Shown piece by piece: positions 11,616 through 22,300 of a DNA stretch of 64,000 bases. Origin of the DNA: Macrostomum lignano. Its lineage: Eukaryota. The notes below the pieces were generated by a model. It was not told the DNA's origin. It searched no databases and was given only the letters and a program-made list of their open reading frames with translations. Made by a program: the position numbers and the translations under genes. The stretch is from the NCBI GenBank assembly GCA_002269645.1, contig NIVC01002675.1, positions 62,001-126,000 of the forward strand, read 5' to 3'. Positions within the stretch are counted from its first letter, which is position 1. Every line of letters starts with the position of its first letter.

Positions 11616-14600
11616 ATAAAACCTCTTTTGGGTGACCCGAAACTTTTTGTCAGAGAGCGCCCAAAATTGCTGTCAGGCAGCGCGAAAAATCCCGGGCCCA
11701 TGGTCAGGTGGCGCGAGCAGTTGGTGTCAAAGACAACTTCGACTCACCCACGAATGCCGCAGCAGCTAACTGAGGAGTCAGCAGCAGCAACAGCAGCAGC
11801 AGCATTCGGCTGAATTTCAATTCCGTCGGCAGTCCTGAAAAAATGTAAGAAAAAAGAATGTGTAAGCGAGCTCTGATTCTCTTAAAACAGCGTAGACAAG
11901 CGGCTGAGCAGCGGCTGAGCAGCCAGAAAGGAAAAGAGATTTTTTCTGCTTTACAGGTGTATCAATTTCTCTGCCGAGATGGCTGGCGGATGCCGGGTGA
12001 GAACAGAACTCTGCTCACAAGTGAGTAGCTATTGTTACCAAAAGCTCTCGCTGGCTGCCGATACAGGCACACACGCACACACACACACAACACTCACCGC
12101 TCCCCCCTCATGGCCTCATGGGAATTCGCTACTGAAGTGTCAGTCAGGTGAGTCATGCGCACACAGAGACATACCGGGGCTTGCAGGAACGCACAGACCA
12201 GGTTAAAGCAGCCCGGGGGGGGGGGTGGCCGCCAGGCTGCTGCTGGGAAGGCGACAGAGGGGGGAGAAGAGGATCTCCAGGAGCGGCTGTGCTGGCAACT
12301 GCGGCGCCTCCACTTTCAGAGTCGGGGAAGTCGCGACTTCTCTTCCTCGGAGCGGGGATCCCAGTTGCGTTTCACACGCCACCGCCGCGCGGCTTCCTCT
12401 CGAGAGCTTCCAGGCCTCATCCTCTGCCTCTCTCTCTCCCTCCTCTCCATCGTTTCCCCAAACTGCAGCAGCTCAAAGCTTAAAAAACACGGGCTGAGCC
12501 ACCGTCCCAACCCCGAGGCGATTCCGTTGATAGCAATTGCCCCAGCGGGATGCGGGAGGCTCCCGTCTGGGCAGGGGGAAACCCACCAATTAACCAAGAA
12601 GGCGAAGTTGCGTCACACGGAGCTGCATTGCTAGGGTACGGTCGGAATGTCCGAATCGCTAAACTGTTCCTGCTCGGGTCGGATTTTTGCGGAAGCAAAT
12701 GCCGAGAGTTGTCATAAAAGTTAACTGCGGATTTCGCCACTCGAGAGGAAAAATTGGGTAGGCGCGAGCGGAACCGCACCGCACATGGGGAGGGTCAGAG
12801 CTCCGGAGCGGTGAATCAATCGATTGCAGAGCGCATTCGCGACTCAAAAAAAAACTGCAACACTTGGGGCACGTGGAGCAACAGGAGCTCCGCGCGGCCC
12901 AGGTTTGAGAGTTGGGGACTGAAATTTCCAAGCCAAAGAGAGAAGGCGAAAGCAGACTGTGAAGCCGACCGCCTCAACCTCAGAAATTCTCCCAGCCCAG
13001 CGGGGATAAATAAAAAAGCGAGCTGCTGCAAAGGGAAGACTGTGTCTCAGCAGCAGCTGCAACATCTCGGATTGTACGGGACTTCATAGGACAGCCATCT
13101 GGTTCAAGCATCTGGGAACTTGCGTAGCAAAAACTGGCTTCATTTTAATGGCTGTATAGCGACAATCGTCCGCTTAAACTGGGAGGCTGGTGATGCAGAA
13201 GACAGACAGGCAGGCAGTTGAGGGTGACCGACAGGCGTTAGGCTTTATCGAGCGCATTTCAAGTTCAAAAAAGCCCTGCGCAGGAAGGGGATGGGGATAA
13301 GAAACTGCTAGTTTTTCCCAATGCCCATCCTCTGCAGCCTCCTTGCCAACTTTGGCACCGGCAGGTGGCCGATGATGAGGCCTTTGGGAAGCTGGGGCAG
13401 GCCGCTGTGAAAACACCGCCCAGTGACAGGCCTTCGACTTGAAGAAAGGCCACGGCAAAGTTTCATTCCCATCTGGGGCCTTGCGAAAGCTTTTCTCCCA
13501 GGAGCCAGGGCCATCCCCAGTCTCGCTGATCCCCTCATGCAGGCCGCAATTAGATGGCCGCGCGGCTAACCGATGGTTCCCCCTGCGCGCCTCATCAATA
13601 ATTGCGAGTGGGGTCGTAGGCGGATTACTCGAGTGGCGGGGGGGGGGGGGGGGTGGGGGTGCGAATAGGTGAGGCGGACCTCGAGCAGCACCCCTGACGC
13701 CGCCACCACTTAGCTGGAGCTGCGCGCGATCAGCCGTTTGCGACTAATCTAGGCCCTTCATGCAGGTTGTAGGGACTGCAGGACAACTGCCCCAGTGCCT
13801 GGGAGAATTATCCCCCATCATTTTCTTATTCTCGCAACCTCACAGCTCTCACACTGTGCTAGGCTGGTCCGCGATGGCTTCTCATCTCTCTAAATCTGGG
13901 GTCAGCAATCCCCAGAGCCTCTTTATTCGGCCCTCGGGTCCTTTCAAACTTCACAATAGCGATCCGGCCAAGCTCAAGTTTGCGTCTGTATGAGTTCAGT
14001 GCCTGCGTACAGTATTGGCGCGCTTGTGAGCTCAGGAGTCTGCGGAAGGGCCAGATTTGCAGAGACAATGTCGCCGATGTCAGAGAGCAGGGTGCTCAGC
14101 GAATATTTATTTTGTTTGATACATCGCCGTGAAGAACAGCAATGAATGAAAGCCAGGTTATAGAAATAACACAGCAAGTCACCCCCCGTTGACAGAAAAA
14201 GTAAATAGCATTTTTAACAGCTTTCCTGAAGCCACGCGCGGAGAGTCCGAGAGATGAGGTGAGACAGGTTGGATGGCGCAGGGCAACTGCTTGGTCCAAC
14301 ACTGCCGATTGACAGGTGACGGGCACAGAGAGATCGGGAGAATGAATGAAAGCTATATGGGCCATACATTATCTCTCCCCCAGCCAAGGAAAATTGCCAA
14401 AAGCCTATATAAACTCAGACTTCAGCTTCCTAGCAGCTTCCAATTTTCGGGACAATGGAGAAATGAGGCGAAAATGCGCTGCAACAACAATCTCTGTACT
14501 CCCTGCAGAACTCAGTGGCATCCTCAACACCCCTCCCTCCCTCCCCAGAAACAGGCCGTCACAAGTTGCACAGAACACTTTGCTATTTTCTATAACTCAT

Positions 14601-14679
14601 AATGCATATACAGTGTGAAATTTACTTAAGCACTCACCTGCAGAGGCGTGTACCCGAATTTCCGAACAGTTCCGCGAAT

Positions 14680-15012
14680 TTCCCGAATTGAGGCTTCTCT
14701 GTTTTCCGAATTGAGACTTCTCTGTTTTCCGAATTGAGACTTCTCTGTTTTCCGAATTGAGGCTTTTCTGTTTTCCGAATTGAGGCTTTTCTGTTTTCCG
14801 AATTGAGACTTCTCTGTTTTCCGAATTGAGGCTTCTCTGTTTTCCGAATTGAGGCTTCTCTGTTTTCCGAATTGAGGCTTCTCTGTTTTCCGAATTGAGA
14901 CTGCTCTGTTTTCCGAATTGAGGCTTCTCTGTTTTCCGAATTGAGGCTTCTCTGTTTTCCGAATTGAGGCTTCTCTGTTTTCCGAATTGAGGCTTCTCTG
15001 ATTTCCGAATTA
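14680..15012. repeat. 23-bp minisatellite (GTTTTCCGAATTGAGGCTTCTCT)n
   Basis: Period 23 (14701/14724). Confidence 0.95.
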
Positions 15013-15229
15013 AAGTTGTGCTCAGTTTTTCAGCCTGGTCTTTTGTTATGTTTTATGGATTTTATTTCCATATATGGATATCTCTGAACCTCTTTCCTTC
15101 TTTGCTAGTAGACACTGCTAATTGGCTAGCCAGATAACAGCAAAGCCTATTTCTCAGCCAACTTCGCCACTTTTAGTCCAAGTTTCAATCGTATAGCAGC
15201 AGTTTTTTAACCCAAACCACTCCTAGCTA

Positions 15230-15295
15230 TCTCTTCCAGCCAGCCAGCCAGCCAGCCAATCAGCGGCCAGGGCGAATCCTATTGGCTGACAAGGT
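15230..15295. promoter_or_regulatory. Possible promoter: (CCAG)n run followed by CCAAT boxes on both strands
   Basis: GCCAATCAG at ~15255 and CTATTGGCTG at ~15280, upstream (minus strand) of a strong orphan donor CAG|GTGAGT at 14638. Motif-only evidence. Confidence 0.25.
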
Positions 15296-15854
15296 CTTGG
15301 ATTCATTTTCAGCAATAGAAATATTGCATTATCATAAACTTCGAAATTAACGTTCGTTATATTTTTGCAGATTTTATTCATGCAATCCAATTTGAATGTA
15401 GTGATGTAGTGAAACTGCGCACATTGATTAATTAATAGCTGTACGAGCTAACTAATAGATTAAAGTTAAATAAAGTTGACAATAGCGTGACAGTATAAGA
15501 AAAAAGCAATTAATAGAGTGCGCGGAAGAAAAAAATTCTAGCAAAAGAAAAAACACAAGCAGACTTTAAAATTACATTCTATATAATAAATTACTTTTTA
15601 AAAACTAGCGAGTATACTTATTTTCAAGTGTTTATTAAGTGTTGTTGTTTTATACTCAGAAGTACATTTTGTGCTTCAACACTTTCCCACCAGGAATCGA
15701 AGTAACTAACGTACAATGGACCTTGTTTACTAATTGTACACAGCATCAGATCGCATGTAGGTCCGACACAAGACACCAATCAGCGGCCACAAACATTCCC
15801 TGTCCCAACTTGTGTACACCGGGTAGGGACTCCCTTCTTACTTTCCGTCCCTCA

Positions 15855-16065
15855 CTCAATCTACGCTCTGGAACCCCCCGCCCCAATCCTCACTCAATGT
15901 ACGCTCTGAAACCTTCCCCCCAGCCCCAATCCTCTCTCAATCTACGCTCTGGAACCCCCCCCGCCCCAATCCTCACTCAATGTACGCTCTGGAACCCCCG
16001 CCCCCAATCCTCTTCCAATCTACGCTCTGGAACCTCCGCCCCAATCCTCTCTCAATGTACACTCT
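15855..16065. repeat. Short degenerate tandem repeat (ACGCTCTGGAACCCC...CCCCAATCCTCACTCAAT)
   Basis: About 5 imperfect copies, downstream of the IF stop codon. Confidence 0.75.
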
Positions 16066-16305
16066 AGAACCCAACCGCCTCCAGACCTGTGATTTGTTTA
16101 TCAGTGATTGCTAATGAAATGAAACTATCATTAGAAACTTCGTAGAAGTACGAGTAACTCAACTGTGAATAATTATTAGTTGTGCAGCAACCTAAAGGTC
16201 CAAGCCTACGTGCGTGAAAATTATTTCAGGTCATTATACTATTAGTAATGACCAAATTCAGTAATCAATATAGTTAGTTCATTCCAGCTGCCGAGATAGC
16301 CATCT

Positions 16306-19300
16306 TCAGCTGGCCGAATAAGTTGTCTTCTGGATGTGGGTGGCGCGCTCCTGGATAAATATCGTTGTGTGTAAAATTTAGCGCCTATGCCAGACTCTGT
16401 GCCTCATCAACTGACTAACGCTTTAAAAGCAGACCAGTTAAAAAGAAAAGTCGGCGGCTACAAAGCTTGCTAAACAGTTCTAGCAAATCCCTAGCGTTCA
16501 TAGAGCTCAATCTTGAATGATTGATGGCTGCGCAATGCGAAGCCAGCCATCCCTGTTATTCTTGCGGCCTGTTATCTTGCCAAACGATTTAATTTAATCT
16601 CCCAGTCTGCCAGGCGGTTGCGTCACTCCCTACCTCTCCATCGGCGTTAGCCAGGGTGGTCAGGATGTTGCTGCCGATGCCCCAGGAGGGCTCGGCTGCC
16701 TCCAGCTCTTTGATGCCGGTGTTGGTTCCACCGGATGCGGCTAGGGACTCCGCTGGGGGCGGCTTTTGACCGGCGGCCCAGATCTGCGTGATCGCGTGGG
16801 GTGATGGAGGGCTTGAGTTTTGAGGTGACGGAGGGTAAGGGTTGAGTTTTGAGGTGACGGAGGGTAAGGGTTGAGTTTTGAGGTGACGGAGGGTAAGGGG
16901 TTGAGTTTTGAGGTGACGGAGGGTAAGGGTTGAGTTTTGAGGTGACGGAGGGTAAGGGTTGAGTTTTGATGTGACGGAGGGTAAGGGGTTGAGGTGACGG
17001 AGGGTAAGGGTTGAGTTTTGAGGTGACGGAGGGTAAGGGGTTGAGTTTTGAGGTGAAGGAGGGTAAGGGTTGAGTTTTGAGGTGACGGAGGGTAAGGGGT
17101 TGAGTTTTGAGGTGACGGAGGGTAAGGGTTGAGTTTTGAGGTGACGGAGGGTAAGGGTTGAGTTTTGAGGTGACGGAGGGTAAGGGCTTGAGTTTTGAGG
17201 TGACGAAGGGTAAGAGGTTGAGTTTTGAGGTGACGGAGGGTAAGGGGTTGAGTTTTGAGGTGAAGGAGGGTAAGGGTTGAGTTTTGATGTGACGGAGGGT
17301 AAGGGGTTGAGTTTTGAGGTGACGGAGGGTAAGGGTTGAGTTTTGAGGTGACGGAGGGTAAGGGTTGAGTTTTGAGGTGACGGAGGGTAAAGGGTTGAGT
17401 TTTGAGGTGACGGAGGGTAAGGGGTTGAGGTGACGGAGGGTAAGGGTTGATTTTTGAGGTGACGGAGGGTAAGGGGTTGAGTTTTGAGGCGACATAGGGT
17501 TTTCAGTTGACATTAGTACGATAATACACCAACCTTAATAGTTTTGCAGGTCGTGTCCAACACGGTGCCCTTCGGAAAGGTGTACTTCACCACCTGACGG
17601 CCATTGTCGATATTCCTTACGAGTGTCCAGTCGCTCAAGTCTTCCTTCTAAAATCGGGAAAGACACAAAAGCTTTACATATGAAGTACCATCGATTGCAA
17701 TGTCTGATTAAATAATTTTCACCTTCTTTCCCGTGAACTCGAGGGTGACAAACTTGCCATCGCAGCTGCAGTCCTGGATGCTGGTGCTGCCCTTGGCTGT
17801 GCGCTGGTAGGTGGTCTTGGCCGACATCTCGCCCTTGAGAATGTTGACTGCCATGCGGGGTGGGGTGCGAGTTCGAATTAGAATGTTGGATTGGCTCTGA
17901 GCAGCAATATGCAAAGTAGGTTAAGCAGGTTAAACGCCTGATATGCGACCTGTTATTCGTGCGCATTTAACTTGTTTGGTAGCAGATTGCGGTTCTAAAA
18001 GACTTGTTATGCTTGTGTTATAAGTTCAGCTATAAAAGTGTTTATCGCAGATGTTAGTTAGAACTGTTAGCAACCTACCTATCTACAACATAAAAAGCCT
18101 AACGCATCACAAACTACCCATCTACATCCCAAACTATCCATCTACATAAAAAACTACCCATCTACACCAAAACTACCCATCTACACCAAAACTACCCATC
18201 TACACCAAAACTAACCATCTACATCCCAAACTACCCATCTACATCACAGACTACCCATCAAAATCACAAACTTCCTATCCACATCACAAACTCCTCATCA
18301 ACATCACAAACTCCTCATCAACATCACAAACTACCCATCTACATCACAAACTACCCATCTACATCACAAGCTACCCATCTACACCACAAACTACCCATTT
18401 ACATCACAAACTACCCATTTACATCACAAACTACCCATCTACACCACAAACTACCCATCTACATCACAAACTACCCATCTACACCACAAACTACCCATCT
18501 ACACCACAAACTACCCATCTACATCAAAAACTACCCATTTACATCACAAAGTACCCATTTACACCACAAACTACCCATCTACACCACAAACTACCCATCT
18601 ACATCCCAAACTATCCATCTACATAAAAAACTACCCATCTACACCAAAACTACCCATCTACACCAAAACTAACCATCTACATCCCAAACTACCCATCTAC
18701 ATCACAGACTACCCATCAAAATCACAAACTTCCTATCCACATCACAAACTCCTCATCAACATCACAAACTCCTCATCAACATCACAAACTACCCATCTAC
18801 ATCACAAACTACCCATCTACATCACAAGCTACCCATCTACACCACAAACTACCCATTTACATCACAAACTACCCATTTACATCACAAACTACCCATCTAC
18901 ACCACAAACTACCCATCTACATCACAAACTACCCATCTACACCACAAACTACCCATCTACACCACAAACTACCCATCTACATCAAAAACTACCCATTTAC
19001 ATCACAAAGTACCCATTTACACCACAAACTACCCATCTACACCACAAACTACCCATCTACATCCCAAACTATCCATCTACATAAAAAACTACCCATCTAC
19101 ACCAAAACTACCCATCTACACCAAAACTAACCATCTACATCCCAAACTACCCATCTACATCACAAACTATCCATCTACGTCACAAACTACCCATCTACAC
19201 CACAAACTACCCATCTACATCGCAAACTACCCATCTACATCACAAACTACCCATCTGCGCCACAATCGCAGCAACACGGTTAAAACTCGCGAGCCGAAAT

Positions 19301-22300
19301 GAAGCAGCATGGAACAGAGGACACGAGCTATAAGTTATGCCTTGGACTCACTTTGCTGCCTCGCAGAACCTTGGAGAATGCAGGACGGGTAAACTCAATC
19401 AGTTACTCAGTCGCATGCTCATAAGACCAAGCATCAATAGTTATCAAAACGTTTTCTCTCAAAAGCAAATGAATATAAAATCAGCATTTCATGCTACTAA
19501 AAGTAACAAGAAGGAATGAGCAGCAGACCAAAGCAGTTAATAGAATGTGAAGAAGGCGCAGGCAAGACACGACACAGAAATTTCTGCTTTTAGAGAGCCC
19601 CTCTGCAAGAGACCTGCGGCGGAGGCGCCGTCTCCATCTGCCTGCCGCAGAGGCGGCGGTGGCGGCGGCGGAGGCGGCGGAGGCGTCGTCTTCTTCGGCG
19701 ACTTCAAAGCCTTCGGCTCCGGCGGCGGAGGCAGCGACGGTTGAGTCGGTGACTTCAAAGGTGACTTCGGAGTCTGCTGCTGCTGCGTCTGCGACAGTGG
19801 CGGCGGCGGTGGCGGCTCTGGCAGCTCAGCCGCGGTGGCATGAGTGACATCGTTCATGAGCGACTCCGCCTCCGCCTTGGCCTCGGGCTTCAGTCTGGGG
19901 TTTCGGGGGCGCGACGAGGATAAAAATTCTAGGGGAGATTTAGGAAGAAGGAAGACTGTTGTGTTAGAAGTTTATAAATGTGCCCATCAGCAAGTGAGTT
20001 TTGGTTTTTTAGCTTAGCTATGGTTAGTCTCTGTCTGCCTCGCAGTTGCTGGGATACCTTGATTGCGCTGCTCAGTGGTGCTCACTGTCTGCTCGCCCTC
20101 CATCAGCCGGGTGGAGACTGACTCTCGGCTGAGTCTTTCATTGTTCAGGCTGGCTCAGGTTTGTGTGTTCGGATGCAGATTAATGCTTATTGTCTGCTCA
20201 ATAGATGTACTGAAGTATTGCAAGGCTTAGAAATAGGATGGGGTGAGCAGGATGGGGTGAGCAGGATGGGGTGAGCAGGATGGGGTGAGCAGGATGGGGT
20301 GAGCAGGATGGGGTGAGCAGGATGGGGTGAGCAGGATGGGGTGAGCAGGATGGGGTGAGCAGGATGGGGTGAGCAGGATGGGGTGAGCAGGATGGGGTGA
20401 GCAGGATGGGGTGAGCAGGATGGGGTGAGCAGGATGGGGTGAGCAGGATGGGGTGAGCAGGATGGGGTGAGCAGGATGGGGTGAGCAGGATGGGGTGAGC
20501 AGGATGGGGTGAGCAGGATGGGGTGAGCAGGATGGGGTGAGCAGGATGGGGTGAGCAGGATGGGGTGAGCAGGATGGGGTGAGCAGGATGGGGTGAGCAG
20601 GATGGGGTGAGCAGGATGGGGTGAGCAGGATGGGGTGAGCAGGATGGGGTGAGCAGGATGGGGTGAGCAGGATGGGGTGAGCAGGATGGGGTGAGCAGGA
20701 TGGGGTGAGCAGGATGGGGTGAGCAGGATGGGGTGAGCAGGATGGGGTGAGCAGGATGGGGTGAGCAGGATGGGGTGAGCAGGATGGGGTGAGCAGGATG
20801 GGGTGAGCAGGATGGGGTGAGCAGGATGGGGTGAGCAGGATGGGGTGAGCAGGATGGGGTGAGCAGGATGGGGTGAGCAGGATGGGGTGAGCAGGATGGG
20901 GTGAGCAGGATGGGGTGAGCAGGATGGGGTGAGCAGGATGGGGTGAGCAGGATGGGGTGAGCAGAGGATGCAGTGAAGCCAGCTGCCTGTCCTCACCGGA
21001 TCTCCTCGCCCTCCAGCAGTTTTCTGTAGGCGTGGATCTCCAGCTCCAGGCTGAGCTTGGCATCCGTGAGGCTCTGCACCTCGGCCAGGTACTCCTCCAG
21101 GGTGGCGTTGGCGCCGGCCAGCTCGGCGCGGAGGCGGCCGTGCTCCATCTCAAACTGGCGCTCGGCGTCCTCGGCTTCGCGTCGAATCTCGTCGAGTTCG
21201 CGCTCGAGCTGCGCGCTGCGGGCCTCGAGCTCGGGCAGGCGGCTGCGGCTGGCCGCCTGCTGAGACTTGAGCCGCTTGTTCTCCTCCCGCAGGCGGGTCA
21301 GCTCGGCCGAGTCGCGGCTGCGGCCGGCGCGGGCCTCCTGCACCCGCAGACTGTACTGCGACTCCACCTCGGAGCGGGCGGCCTCCAACTTGGAGTCGTA
21401 TTCCCGCCGGATGTCGCTGAGAGCCTGGGCCATCTCGGCCTTCCAGAATTCGCGATTCTCTCCGGTGGTGTCGCGGTAGGCCAGGGCGGCCAGCTCCTTC
21501 AGCTCCTGGGCGTGGCCGTGTTGGTAATTTTAAGGGTATATTGGTAGTTTTGAGGGTAGATGGTAGTTTTGATGGTAGATGGTAGTTTTGATGGTAGATG
21601 GTAGTTTTGAGGGTAGATGGTAGTTTTGAGGGTAGATTGGTAGTTTTGAGGGTAGATGGTAGTTTTAAGGGTAGATGGTAGTTTTGATGGTAGATGGTAG
21701 TTTTGATGGTAGATAGTAGTTTTGATGGTAGATTGGTAGTTTTGAGGGTAGATAGTAGTTTTGAGGGTAGATTGTAGTTTTGAGGGTAGATTGTAGTTTT
21801 GAAGGTTGATTGGTAGCTTTGATGGTAATGGTAGTTTTGAGGGTAGATTGGTAGTTTTGAGGGTAGATTGGTAGGTTTGAGGGTAGATTGGTAGGTTTGA
21901 GGGTAGATTGGTAGGTTTTAAGGAGGATAGTTTTTAGATAGTTTTAAGGAGGATAAATTGGTAGTTTTTAGCTATTTCAGTTTTAGCGCTGACAGATTCG
22001 TGCAGCGCGCGCTGAAACTCCAGCTCCTCGCGCAGCGATTGGACACTGTTCTCAGCGTTGATGTGACCCAGGGTCTCGGAGTCCAGGTCCTGTGGGTGAG
22101 TGAAGAGGGTTCAACCACCTCAGTCGTTGTGTAGATTACGAGTATTTGGATTTTAAGAATAACTTTAGTGTAGATATACCGGTAGTGTATATGGATAAAA
22201 TTCACTTACATTTTTATTGAGCGTTTCTCTGCAATACCGTACCAATCTACCCTCAAAACCGCCTATCAACCCTCAAAGCTAACAATTAACCCTCAAGCAA

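Noticed and set aside
11940-12160. Possible plus-strand exons (tttacag| at ~11956, cag|gtgagt at ~12148)
   Set aside because: No recognisable protein and no consistent partner exons.
13370-13420. Hammerhead-like TGATGAGGCC...GGCC...GAAA (also CTGATGAG at ~48596)
   Set aside because: The core CUGANGA-stemII-GAAA spacing and stems I/III do not form.
16805-17490. Telomere-like TAAGGGTT in a G-rich array
   Set aside because: It is part of a 29-30-bp unit inside an intron, not tandem TTAGGG.
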